Virus record (IMG/VR): IMGVR_UViG_3300009103_001640
Coordinates: 1 to 59,071 of that record
Strand: one strand, 5' to 3'
Length of the DNA stretch: 59,071 nucleotides
Origin: a virus
Taxonomy: Duplodnaviria; Caudoviricetes
The position numbers and the translations under genes were made by a program. This document shows, one piece after another, positions 39,301-46,200 of this stretch (position 1 is the first letter of the stretch; each line of letters begins with the position of its first letter). A model generated the notes under the pieces. That model was given only the letters and a program-made list of their open reading frames with translations, had not been told where the DNA came from and ran no database searches.

Positions 39301-42111
39301 GGCTACAGGTTCAGTGGTTCTTTCTCTGGATCCGAGATGGCGTATACTGTCGGAAGAGGCACTATTCAAAACCCAGATCAGGTTAGAGATGGAACGCTAC
39401 AGCGCGGCGGTCGCCAACAATATATGCGTTGGCGCCTAATGTCAACCGGATCACTTGCTGGCATTATCGCTGATATGACACACTTGCAGATTGTTTCCGC
39501 AGATGACGGAACGATTTTGGACACGACTTGGGGTTGCCCCATTTCCAGAGGCGCCGCCGCTACACCCGGTATTTCCGGCAGCGGTCCCTGTTTTGAAAGA
39601 GGTTACTATATTGATCTTACTGTTACGGGTTCAAATATTATTAGCGGCTCCCTTCACGCCGGCGGCTCGGGCGACGAGGATTATCCCGCGCCCGCCAATC
39701 AGTGGACCAGCCTTAATAGAGGATATCCCGGTACTAGCTCAATGCGTCAACAATTGATGGGAATTGGTAAACTGGAAAGCAGCTTTACAATGCACAGGGA
39801 GCACGACGACGCCGACACTACGGTTAAAAATATAACAATCCCATTCCGCAACTATTACAACCAGTGGCTTTATGATGTGCCAAATAACCCCGTGGTTGAT
39901 AAGTGGAATTTGGCAGCATCTTATCATAGCCCACTTCACAAAAACAAGCGCGGCGTCATTCCAGATCCTCCCCATTTCTCAAATAATATAGGCACTGGCT
40001 CATTCGGTACTGCTCTCGGTTGTAGTCTCTACAGCCACCAATACGATAACACACACCCTTATCAGACGAAACACGTTGGCTATGTGAGGAAGACTTTCGG
40101 CAGCGAGGTCCAGCCACGCATGGGTCCACAATTCGGGAGCGCCAGAGCCGCCAACGGATATAACAGCGATGCTATTATATCAAATTCCGTTGGAGTCGGA
40201 CGCGCAGAAATCATCTGCGGATACACGGGCTCTGAAGGAAAGTACGGCTTTGATGCCGATGGTAAGCAAATCACAGGCTGGAACGCGTCCCAAGGAAACC
40301 CTCCACCCGAGAACTCACCTTATAAGTGGGCAAAGAGTATCGACGGACCTCTTTCGGGCAACGTCAGCACGCTCAGAGAGATTAAGGATCTAGATAACAA
40401 CTCCTACCCCGTCGCTGGTGCTGGCGAGTACGATGCCGCCCTTCACGGGCGACGATATAGGCAGAACGGCAGGTACCCGCGCTATCCAAACGGCAACATG
40501 ATGGCTAGCGGTCTGACCCATGGCGAAACATCTTATCAACGCTGGGCATCTGATTATTATTTCACTGGCGATGCGAGTACGCTGGATCCAGACGGCAAGC
40601 CTTGGTCCGACGACACAGCACAAACTTCCGGCTCGACCACGACAATCGGTGTTCCTGCCGGCGTTAACGGCTTTCATGGTCGCACAGGCGGCTCAGGCGA
40701 TTCAGCCTGCGGCTGGTTCGGCAGTGGCTTAGAAGACATTTATCCTCTTGGACAAACAGGGTACCCAAGCCCATATCAAAATCAGAACGGCATTGGAATT
40801 AAACTGCAGGATACGTCAGATTATACCCCCCGAAACGATGGCGAAATGGTGATGCTTGATCCGATCAAGATGTGGTACACGAACCCTGTACACATCGCCA
40901 ATGTTCGTATGCAAGATATGTTCGTCCGTGATAAGATGATGAGCAACAACCCGAAACGAGCCCACAAGGTACTTCGATACTTCCAAGATTTGGAAGCAGC
41001 ATTGTGCTCACCTAGAACTGTGCCCTCTGGCAAATTCCAACCTCGCGGTGGGGCTCAAGCCTTGACAAGATCTTTGGGCTCTTTGGTCGGATTTGAAAGC
41101 GGGGCAAAGAAGCTTGGTCAGTTGGCTGAAGTTAAGACAGTCAAGGAGGCGGTTGTGGTAATGCCCTACGTGATGAGGCGCGGCAGACGCAGGTTCATCG
41201 AACTTGACAAAGCACAAATTAATCGCTATTTTGGTCGAGGAGATTTTAAAGATACTGCTTATTGGGCTGCTATAGAAAAGTTTAAAAATCTGGAAGGATT
41301 GGCTGCATCTCCGATCAGCGGCTTGCAAGTAAACTTGGGCAACTCGATCTTACGACAAATTAGGATCATGGGCGACTATGTGATGCCTCCGCATCTGGAC
41401 TTCACCAGAACACCATCGGCAAAGCCGTACGCGATGTACATTTTTGAATATGAGCACCAATTTTCAGCACAAGATTTGTCGGATATGTGGCAGGGCTTGT
41501 TCCCAGACTCTGGCAAGACTATGAAGCAGGTGACTAAGCAGGTGACACACAAATTGAATATTGCAGAACTGCTCGGCGCTAGCGCGGAAGACGGCGAGGC
41601 TTTGCCGGATCAGATTAGATTCATGGTGTTCAAGGTCAAGCAACGAGCCGAGATCAACTATTTCAAACAAACTAAGAACCAGTTAGATGACCAGCGATTC
41701 CGGTTTAAATTCAAGGCAGGCGCCGCCGCGAAGACTGTTGATTACAGTTATAACTGGCCATATGATTTCTTCTCCCTTGTTGAGACGGCTAAGATTGATA
41801 TGTCGGTTATGTTGCGAAACAAGACACTGATCGAAGATATTGAACTTCAAGAACTAAATGAGAGGTTCAGTCTTGAACCAGTAGTAACATCTGTTTCGGA
41901 TCTGTTCCGCCGCCGTGTTGGGGTAATGAGCCGAATGTCCATTACAGCCGCGTCAATCCGAAGGGCTAGACGCTTGGCGACGAGAAGAATGGCAACGGCT
42001 GCTGTGGCAGCAACGTATGGACCCGTGACGGTTTCTACGGCACCTAGTCCTTCCCCGTCATTGGCTGGACCAACGCTGGTCGCTCCCGCGCCATTTGGAG
42101 GTAGTTCGTAA
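24355..42111 (+). CDS. Giant 5918-aa baseplate wedge/adhesin protein (gp7 / P2 gpI-like core, LamG domains, nested repeats)
   Basis: Uninterrupted 17.7 kb ORF; LLYVFKTKGTEKSLRNMLRCFG (~27280-27345) resembles the gpI/gp7 KGT motif; LamG TVEFW...WKHYAIT..LYING..LDEFRFW..YYKFNEG (~26070-26745); second LamG-like region ~27575-28350; follows gp25-gp6. Confidence 0.75.
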   Translation: MSLKDLFESTKVTKSGSADETAYEVESEAYTDAFVQDKNEYVPPVDFSTASNFAKYGSAAKYYEDSIQRIYSNYPYDGSKYEVLDFHNSSSYLDRWMLEYKYPRTTGYVELGTTSGSGDWLPMVSGSADGDPATATFTFSDKPNEESWIELTDTDGTTVRFEIDNEADGAKKASATFTFSDKPNEESWIQLVDTDGTTIRFEIDNENDGLKKSTATFTFSDKPNEGSTITVVDSDGTSVTFELDNENDGVTGSNVALNGIYAAGGGATGTATDLVAKINAQSALDIVATNPSSGVVLLTQGTGGRDGNTTITLNDSAHWDTSTSVNVPTAFAGGAADVALSGISAAGGGATGTAADLVAKINAQSSLDITATNPSSGVVLLKQGTAGTPGHTDITLNDSSHWNTCTSANVPAAFAGSYTAVALSGISAAGGGAAGTAADLVAKVNAQSSLNIVATNPSSGVVLLTQGTTGGGGDTAITLNNSSHWNTCTSTNVPAKFTDGSGHGAEVGGWGMPDTSDNNILEYIEIKGGPHTGSADRTFETQDVKLKELFKFSNVYDSGSAREYSLEYNLATGMTVEFWMLKNGFYTSKTEREVVFDLWNNENSSSAGYGRLMIELSGTNVSGESVIRLTAQSGTNGFINEGIATITTDDVADGIWKHYAITLKNHPDNDGVNAKLYINGQVSGSAKLGSTGLGRVTGSMLANIGALVARPNGTNGYYDKTSIAKGGAKLSASLDEFRFWKLERDPRQIGRYWFTQVGGGSNTDTANVGLGVYYKFNEGIMNSGSRDRTILDYSGRISNGFWKGGVAECRNSGSAIASGSHNRSEFHDPIIYSEHPDVEYLETSMIVSGAHHDNLNNSLITSNFPDWIDTESRTTTLKHFTQIFASYFDKLYMQIEGLSKIKERYGSSYASGDVSASFKPVPFAKSLVTQFGIAVPEILQEAELIENFLNRNETMEYEEKLYNIRNQIYSNIYANLLYVFKTKGTEKSLRNMLRCFGVDDELVKINAYADNGDYVFKDNRRSTTNKTNYVTFNHSDRNDGTVYQAVSMSVDGVYSNPNARGYITGSSTFGKYNAQTIECEVFFPLKTDDILSKYWYQDRFVTASLFGTMGHAGADHDGVHDTRFPASSHAASGHHSGTVDLKVFALKDKLESTRARFMMSSSVLGTLTSDYYEDVYDDTRWNFAVRIKPTSHPWMDHAKVEADMGGGWTQGFDVEFYGVNVFTDVVQHEFLKTRTITETVGEAFLSAPKRCYVGALHQDFTGSTLFYSNAEVGNLRYWMSDISDEVVRTHAMDQSSYGVESPYKNAFIYQTSMSGNYVPQIATLALHWNFDNVTGSGGSPTTTQNTKDAQFIVQDVSSGSAEHGERYEPNFSDQVMMQHLGIGDFFLDNKTDIVNTRYVPTGKVVLPEYLHSNDMVEIRQRDTEFFTMETRPSKVYYSIEKSMYQTISEEMVKMFSTIKDFDNLIGEPVNRYRHEYKDLGKLRQLFFEKMPNDPDLDKYVDYYKWIDSAVSRFLEDLFPASAEHSDGMQTMVESHMLERSKYQTKYPTMEMAQDPPAASFDTINTLLYDYQRGSAPLPGDIHSISATEEGTTGSAEMMDQDQNCLWWSKRAEREHPILASTAMSASSPGMNLSGTLTSRIAVFSASTSAYNRKLHTPYHYSVVQNHLIHGGINYDDNKKLDYVYPATVPFSPRAVDYGKFGGYPLGYLIAKDMDRDASPYTSMRQCDLPLSSSYGAKVKREGYKVIDGWEGFKSAAGSQGWVAPIAASGSITVTDAVTLHSQAQKPSFTITATDGTVIKLSQNNQQTTSTDTNNPTYQKHTTCSTAATNMATALNANSKLTATAASTAATATFTFTDKPNEGSTITLVGTAANITFEIDNENDGVTGSNVALNGIAAAGGGATGTAADLVAKINAHNGLSITATNPSAGVVLLTQNAGGSHLNTAITLNDASHWNTCTSVNVPSAFTGGKSVVTITQVTPGIAGNRTIIEDYGGIADRIEGVDTVPIQGGQEAITQTPNWESGSYHHFRGNLVMPFNVISSSANDVNEGYTVLINQDLTVWGGGTGVGHSTDAGIYVNKRSRPYGTHHNTAGDSDDQSGHSNPTELGGLGRGVNLVNLHTDTYGEDKEVPMQGPFTEKYVGGRAYRHAEVNDGTDTLGTRQEGWLVLINAAIMTPNGVLHANSGGVGLTGPDYPYPHGPYPFQADDGGGGNSVHWRPIGGRYYRDETAKRPVNIRNIQMVTSSAGHENVGLHRVDVIQANGDDISEWTKHYHEQIATGSARTIIGNYRHNYEVVHTVGRSNQKPFLRDNQSVRNILQTGSFAEAPSILQSTHGQTLVVSRAYGAGTGQMVHEDLLGNGNLPASTHIETILTQKFQSTGSKDFKDTAAAEDEHIVPTLTHLTGAVLVGSRVIVSDVSGGVGGANVDENNNALPARRAASYDILPTPDMHLNMDHRIQDRSSGSTNLNTIFANRFSAPGGPRNQSKGFLDLAAEEYSVYNAYPWRNLEVLGSASGEDHQTRANILPQSVGNYQRLGLRSLRALASGRHGTLSPYVQDTEATDPNTHNNGGIRSADYDTATSWHKVNRNPQTRATPTTEHREVPPRETLRFSDVASVPGKKITIKDPWGHEYVYTLDAGSTADLAGEAHATHDNDPESATYGQASATIGWASSGSQTVKYLAIAESLRRVMRTQISGGLDVNTGHELIAVTKSQVPSSTTVVMTIDWDQIVRRNMGTGEFVWGDRVNDAQYTVESLLMITPVHESSADNVKTATNSRYRSSVSGGLDDVSRISYDNDYVTRPIPQDENQYAWIAASTEPSASGYSLPNLGYGYNMTTFNQPTPSGSRPVDPILFISASQVGSALGNANTHGTSADRGFRYWGIDKGNNEDGGNSTHELQFIPNVHGLNLNLVDSQNTWLTDGSGAVALGFYATGGILPADVSLPIGHTSNNRRGGFAYSSHIANLHSYVNEEIQYTHRQPTDLPNGTVWHGSGRVRVVDPDSTNAAGDMIELAATPAQNMVYLQGAFVDDTGAAPEAAGGLSRQNEPRGHYASAGEHRMVPMYWSGSNSFAHENVDYSITSGEATSTDHQHYAINQSVAGIFNALMWKRNGPYGYPTWKQVRGGEHQLAQTMRKNNRYVVVDPRSDRVVPPRPGFVGRVVSLSTVETHDVVAAFRRSGHINTAERKHNHYYVPAVETNAKTMLAAIQRGTFDDGSYDPDRILYANVTHVNNLKNFPNSKLNEDVGLRNYKSDRTAYNDLYEMYTEMTDIDGNDAYTLVDLTYRETIYPKPNNAGRSDMRQRSNFDVGYWGGDADAEYHGKTNHTDLHGYHEPIGRRTHFNKPDVRNPHGQWEFGRGPNAAALTVGYLWGGGNTWNAISAFNTKQGYKSTQGISEYHKEKNRNVMWYSGSIWPMDGAKNVNLLPVSYAGAIGPRQYLASSSHRATNPGYAEGFYFDGLAADILTHGAPGILQNQFTWFHNGMSIGFEPTTISSSWSTAAGQNTPGEQHDFNINLRHAVASSSVMANADFYALALKVGKIREDAYGAHILTERYVAQPAAGMAFGPSYSRPHMLVGRNSYCSPSAGKAAYARRFNFASETAELTGALSYGKGDGVSPFLEAIKKHGTQDAAPENNGTTIPITSSQTMAGGAPSTLLGLGDRVVSQLTRSIGHEVEGLYVSDWEWKAPIQSGKSPFYTNYSKWFEELRGKSQDRQVIPEYRISDRMPYFVLDKQGRFTSRDREWLSLLGNPSSSGGHLTSSADATKAGDNITGSFISDYAVTATPALLDAIKAENAGITEPYELTLTCDAIVKFLPYQGFYPQLRTVDLCKQFVDSYDDHVTFESDLGINDLASSYVRVDSSGSTNPGSTQDRYGFSPFGPGGGILGLGQAGQTAVMSILFDATQGKGADSSKEGTAEAGYAIPDMTFMVIDDPAAKQRIALVFDRTTTLTGWGNYAHSTSDSTSLIGAPDNDGTTKNDAVDNTDATNADGADPRQSGNVPWGAGKRYGFAEAGTTTNPINTGFEPLGSKKADLLTAGTKVVSTTTNEWVDAQYTQGEFTQVYKVRGGNHYKSTDDNNYKGSLVLLYGVVQAIKHARHNGFINVSPGMPTTTTRRADEDYSPAEPWNPGTYERDSLRGKWFQDNKSEIDGSTGLSTKSGDNWATVLELKYDAGDGVSADGSDGTAGNGVKVQFFSWNDNNEKNAHPTPASAPTGHSAWNASTSTYDWGNPSTSKAFRHITTADSDTGYGLQDFSSARTFAYGTAAVTTDDALINARFYSDVALSGYSFDVDEILDPTSPRVGGSGKLTDEGFETHGRNPAAAKRPFYGPFMAPGILFNTIKSGVAVDYPVLHRKLATTASVDRDGGRNFQIVNEYFDNRLPFETLVEPERYLTNVPLVDMEPHPSASINATASWDGQGDPLYKMMMHNFLAEIPNFYLADQSMQSFVSLPESDGGFGQVEAVVHNGEKVIPEYRMMVKLFKSQENNIRPLTPSASNHWQNHRGPKLPFKTHAHDGSHSGTLVYNGRYEPCYYTDVIGMENHGHNKDGGYGEGWYPDIYQKGVGINYNKKESQYPRPQSDAPETITMYSRPSAFGPPCAGGYAIEPEYEYIYTGSVAPFSQSYDPDGNLGVTNLNAAAGGEVAYADGGGLLRNNVVVSSSPTVYGRDFGQQFVEGHVAGSGTIGKVADRSMTTYGMKDGTNGYNAPFTPPYYDGQAWAFLTFKPSRTGKHYLDDIWENTTINFLRYEFDYISGAYGDWGTYGPQGYAMNVNAMQIDAAVNIKGKTSIKEVTYDAITGLPQTVQDSLQSTARNSAWVIQTKLETPILHFGYGLTDNQTPLALSGSDSTSTMAESNGYHHGYAGLCEPIGMWHQYGEIPSASQGIYLEVADIPPAYMRFGTEMTIANPKWMHITGSPDMTVGSTAGVMGYFSGSTGELDYRQGAPDWDGWRGSSSFDAALITSDDSEGGDQPALAAGGFAAGGQERFLMGQGYRFSGSFSGSEMAYTVGRGTIQNPDQVRDGTLQRGGRQQYMRWRLMSTGSLAGIIADMTHLQIVSADDGTILDTTWGCPISRGAAATPGISGSGPCFERGYYIDLTVTGSNIISGSLHAGGSGDEDYPAPANQWTSLNRGYPGTSSMRQQLMGIGKLESSFTMHREHDDADTTVKNITIPFRNYYNQWLYDVPNNPVVDKWNLAASYHSPLHKNKRGVIPDPPHFSNNIGTGSFGTALGCSLYSHQYDNTHPYQTKHVGYVRKTFGSEVQPRMGPQFGSARAANGYNSDAIISNSVGVGRAEIICGYTGSEGKYGFDADGKQITGWNASQGNPPPENSPYKWAKSIDGPLSGNVSTLREIKDLDNNSYPVAGAGEYDAALHGRRYRQNGRYPRYPNGNMMASGLTHGETSYQRWASDYYFTGDASTLDPDGKPWSDDTAQTSGSTTTIGVPAGVNGFHGRTGGSGDSACGWFGSGLEDIYPLGQTGYPSPYQNQNGIGIKLQDTSDYTPRNDGEMVMLDPIKMWYTNPVHIANVRMQDMFVRDKMMSNNPKRAHKVLRYFQDLEAALCSPRTVPSGKFQPRGGAQALTRSLGSLVGFESGAKKLGQLAEVKTVKEAVVVMPYVMRRGRRRFIELDKAQINRYFGRGDFKDTAYWAAIEKFKNLEGLAASPISGLQVNLGNSILRQIRIMGDYVMPPHLDFTRTPSAKPYAMYIFEYEHQFSAQDLSDMWQGLFPDSGKTMKQVTKQVTHKLNIAELLGASAEDGEALPDQIRFMVFKVKQRAEINYFKQTKNQLDDQRFRFKFKAGAAAKTVDYSYNWPYDFFSLVETAKIDMSVMLRNKTLIEDIELQELNERFSLEPVVTSVSDLFRRRVGVMSRMSITAASIRRARRLATRRMATAAVAATYGPVTVSTAPSPSPSLAGPTLVAPAPFGGSS
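24751..25110 (+). repeat. Three tandem 120-nt (40-aa) 'A' half-domain repeats
   Basis: Units start at 24751, 24871 and 24991: xxATFTFSDKPNE..I...D.DGT...FE.DNE.DG. Confidence 0.95.
25117..25854 (+). repeat. Three tandem 249-nt (83-aa) 'B' half-domain repeats
   Basis: Units start at 25117, 25366 and 25615: VAL.GI.AAGGGA.GTA.DLVAK.NAQS.L.I.ATNPSSGVVLL.QGT...ITLN.S.HW.T.TS.NVP..F..G. Confidence 0.95.
29899..30261 (+). repeat. Fourth, intact A+B copy of the repeat domain
   Basis: ATATFTFTDKPNEGSTI...FEIDNENDGVTGSNVALNGIAAAGGGATGTAADLVAKINA...HWNTCTSVNVPSAFTGG. Confidence 0.95.
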
Positions 42112-42113
42112 CA

Positions 42114-43247
42114 ATGTCGTTCTTTAACAAAAAGGAAGAAGTGATTGAGGTTATCCTAACGTCCTATGGAAAGTATAAGCTTTCTAGAGGTCAATGGAAG
42201 CCTGCGTATTATGCTTTCTTTGACGAAGATATTGTTTATGACACACGCTATGCGGGCTACCCTGAAATCTCTGGAACCGCCGAAGCGAGGATTCAGGAAG
42301 AGACACCATCGATGCGCGCCCAAACCTCGTATTCCGATCTGGAAAGACAGGTTAAAAAGCTTACTCGCGCAGTTAAGCGCAATACAAAAAGAAGCGCAGA
42401 GTTTGGCGTCGGCGCGCAAGACGCATACGCAACCGCTTTACGCTCTAGTACGAGTCGCGCACCTTATATGTTACCATTGGGCAACTCAACAATAATTTCT
42501 GAAAAGATGTTGTATGCACCAGCATGGGAGATCAAGGCATTAAAAAATGAGTTTACAGCTAGCATGGCATACGTTAGCAGTTCGTACGAAAATATCACCA
42601 AGATCCCGCAACTTGAAGTACACATCGATTACACAACTGAGATCCACAAAACAGAAGACGCAGTAGATCCTGCAGCATGGGAAGAAGGCTTGAGCCATCC
42701 TGCGACAGAGTTTGATGATGACGTGGCAGGAGAAGCCTTGCCCGGTACCGGTCAGCCCCGAGATATGTATCTTTCGACATATTATCCTGATGGCACCTTT
42801 ATACTTGTAGACGACAACTACTTAGTGCTAGAGGTTAATGAATTGAATTCTGCAAAAGCAGTAGATCAATTTTATGTCGAAGTTTGGGAAGTGGAAGAGG
42901 ATGAGAAAATGCAGCCCAGAGACAGGACAGGGCAGACTCTGACACGAATGAGCTTCGTGAAATACGGAGAAGAGATTGTGGATAACATTTTGGTAGACCC
43001 CTCAGAGATCCCAAGGTATAACTTGTCACTTCTTGATGACACCTATGTTCCATACTTTATGGACATTCAGGCAGATGAAGAGATCGACGATTCCACAGTC
43101 TGCAATTATGTAGCAACTGATGAAAAGACCAGAAGGGAGTGGACAAGAGTGTTGGATTGTTATGACGCCGTGGAAGACCCCGGCTCTGTGCTATACAATA
43201 CAGAGGATATTGACTTGCTTGGTTCGCTGTGCGAGGAGTGTGAATAA
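42114..43247 (+). CDS. Virion protein, N-terminus paralogous to 50038 (tail collar/fibre-base-like)
   Basis: MSFFNKKEEVIEVILTSYGKYKLSRG..AYYAFFDEDIVY aligns with MGFLDNSGDIILDAVLTDTGRYRLAKG..SKFALCDDEIDY. Confidence 0.6.
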   Translation: MSFFNKKEEVIEVILTSYGKYKLSRGQWKPAYYAFFDEDIVYDTRYAGYPEISGTAEARIQEETPSMRAQTSYSDLERQVKKLTRAVKRNTKRSAEFGVGAQDAYATALRSSTSRAPYMLPLGNSTIISEKMLYAPAWEIKALKNEFTASMAYVSSSYENITKIPQLEVHIDYTTEIHKTEDAVDPAAWEEGLSHPATEFDDDVAGEALPGTGQPRDMYLSTYYPDGTFILVDDNYLVLEVNELNSAKAVDQFYVEVWEVEEDEKMQPRDRTGQTLTRMSFVKYGEEIVDNILVDPSEIPRYNLSLLDDTYVPYFMDIQADEEIDDSTVCNYVATDEKTRREWTRVLDCYDAVEDPGSVLYNTEDIDLLGSLCEECE

Positions 43248-46200
43248 TGGCATCTAATGACATGAACTTCCTTGCCGATCTGATCCCTACATCAGTTATT
43301 AAGGTTATCACGATTGAAACTGTGGGCGGCACTGTCGAACTTGAAACAAATCCGCACATTGTTGAAGAGACTGTGCCCGTGTACAAGCGTGCAGAATTAC
43401 AGGCAACAATGGGCGCCGAAGGCGGCGCCCGGTTTGAGGCTCTTATGAAGCAGTTCGGGGCTGATTTAGGTTCCACGTCTTATAGCGGCAAGCAGTTAGG
43501 CGAAATTGGAGCCCAAATGGGCATGGCAACCAGCAACAAAGAAACCACTATGGTCACTCTCGACGTTGCTATGAAAGATACTTTAGATCGCGAAGACGTT
43601 GCTGGTCAGTGGTTCATGAGCGGCGATATCACAAAATACTTATACATCATCGCAGTACAGTTCAAGAGCAAGCGTGCAGTAAACACATATAGATCGCTGA
43701 TCGGGAAGGCAACAGGTCCGGTCATGCAGATTGCGCACGCATACCTTACTGGAAAGATAACAAAAGAAGAGTTACTGGCACAGGGCAGAAAACAGAATAT
43801 TCCTAGTGTGGGTAACCTGATCAAGTCAAAGAACGACATTACGTTTAAAATAACATCTGCTCAAGATATTGTTAATGCGATTGATAGCAGCACATCCGGC
43901 GAGGCAATCACAGAGCAAGACCTGATGCTGGCAGGCTACTCCAGTATTGACACAAATGGCGACACCATATATGAATTTCCAGCAAAGTTTCAATTTGAGA
44001 TCAACAGCGCCGAGCCAAACCACGCAGCTTATTATATCTGTTCGTACATCGATATTGAAAAGCTTTTGGAAGACAATGGCTTAACCACAAACACGGTTAA
44101 CATGAGCGCCAACCAATACGCCAACAATGGCGAGTGGGTCACGGCACTTGCAAACGGAGAACTTGGCAACGATGGGCGCATCTCAGACTTCAGAGATGTT
44201 AATAATGTCGTTCCGGCACACTCGGTCGATTTGTCACAGATCAATATGCTTGATGAGTTGGCATCCGGCACCGGTCAAAACTTTACTACTCTGCCGGGAT
44301 ATAAGCCCAAATACTTCAGCGACATTCATTTGTCGGTTATGCCCGGTCGCGGTTGTGGATTCTTGTTTGCTTTTAGTCAGCTAGACTTCATGAAGGACAA
44401 CTCTGTTTATGGTAGATTCTTTGACAACGTTGCCGATAATACTGCTGACGCGGTGCTGAAAAGATGCACGATGGAAGAGATGAAGATTGTAAGAAGAAGG
44501 GTCAAGCACTTCAAGCAGGGCTCGTATGCGAGAGGCTATCCGAGTGTTTACGAACCATGGACCAATGAAGAAAAGGAGCATGTCGTTGTAAGCACCAGAG
44601 CGAAAAAGAGAACAGGAAAGCTGCAGTCAACACGCCGCATAGTACAGAAAAAGACCGGCGCGCCTACTAGTATTGGACGCACCAACAGTGGCGGCATCCG
44701 AGAACTCAACCTAAAGACAAATTCTACAAACGGCAAAGATTTTAAAATCAGACACTTCACCGGCAAAGATATCGGAGTCAAGAGACAGACAGACGGCATC
44801 TATCAATATGGTGTAGAGATCACCATGAGAGATTATGTTCCGGTCTTCATCGGCGCTCACTTAAAAGAACTCAGAAAGCATGTGACAAGGCTAAAAGAGT
44901 ATGAAGTCTTTTCACAAATACCAGTTGTGAATCGCTATCAACAGACATATAAAGATCCGCATGTGGGGAACAAGATGGTCGATCAACAAACCGACAAAGC
45001 CATTCCTGTTGTGAATATTGTGGGCGGCGTTTCAGCCGCCAACACCAACGCGCCGAAGCAGAACCAAGTTGGTTTTTACGACCCCACAATCAACAGATTT
45101 ACCAGAGATTTTAGAAGATTCGCTGCGCGCCGATATGCCCGCACCCGCCCATGGCGCCGCGCTCCGCAGGTCTTTGTCGAACTATTGGACTTGATTGTGA
45201 ATAACAAAATGAGTGATCAGGAGAAACTTAAGATCCGCAAGAATATGGCTAGCGTTAGTAATCCAGCTTCCGGCACTCCACGCGGTATTAATGCTGTCAT
45301 CGAAACGTTAGAGTTGTATATTAAAATCGTGGAAGACTTGATTTCTTCTGAGCCCCCCACTACTAACTCATCAGCAGCATCGAACCCCAACACTCCCAAT
45401 GGAGGATCCGGCGTGACCAATCGAACAGTCACACACAAGGTGTGGTTTAATAATGATGCCTTTAACGCCGACGCTCCCCCGGCTACCGGCGCGTCTTTCT
45501 TGAACATGTCCGCCAACGGCGCAACAACGTCAATTGGTATCGTGACTACAGGCGATTATATGGAGAGAGCACAGAACGAGGTGTTGAAATACTTCACATC
45601 TCCGACCGCAGCACCCAACCCGGCAAAAGCATACAGTTGCTTGTCAGGTATGTCCGTCAACATGCTGCAGCCAGACAACACAATAAACCTACAAAGGCTC
45701 AAAGATTATACTGGGAGTCACACAGAAAAGTCTGAAATGAAAAAGGACTTTAAAAATGTTGTGCAGTGGATGGGCTCGAAACGCAAAGCAGATCAAACTC
45801 GTATTTTGACAATAGACTCCAAGCAGCGCGTAGGACAGGCAATCTCTCCCGAGTTTGGATTTTCGCTGATGACCGGAAAAGAATATGGAGACGCCCTGCG
45901 AGGGAGATTTGAAGCAGACAGCAACTCTAACCCAAGGCTGACCGAAGGCGTCGACGACGGCGCCTCGGCAGATCCCATTCTGTCACAACCCGGTGTTGAA
46001 CTTCCCACTGCGGAAGCAGAGGATGTGGATTATGTGGATGTGTTTCCTTCTGCCATGGCTACCGCTGAGTGGGCGTCTGTTCAAACCGGCGCCGAGTTGA
46101 TGGACGCATTTACTAACCTTGCGGCTGGTTTTGAGATGCAACATGAAACAGAGTTCTTGACACAAATGGTGATTAACACAAAAAGAGATTTTATGCACTC

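Noticed and set aside
12030-42111. Inteins or introns as the cause of the giant ORFs
   Set aside because: I recognised no splice-junction or LAGLIDADG/HNH motifs, and the frames are uninterrupted; a profile search would be needed to exclude them fully.
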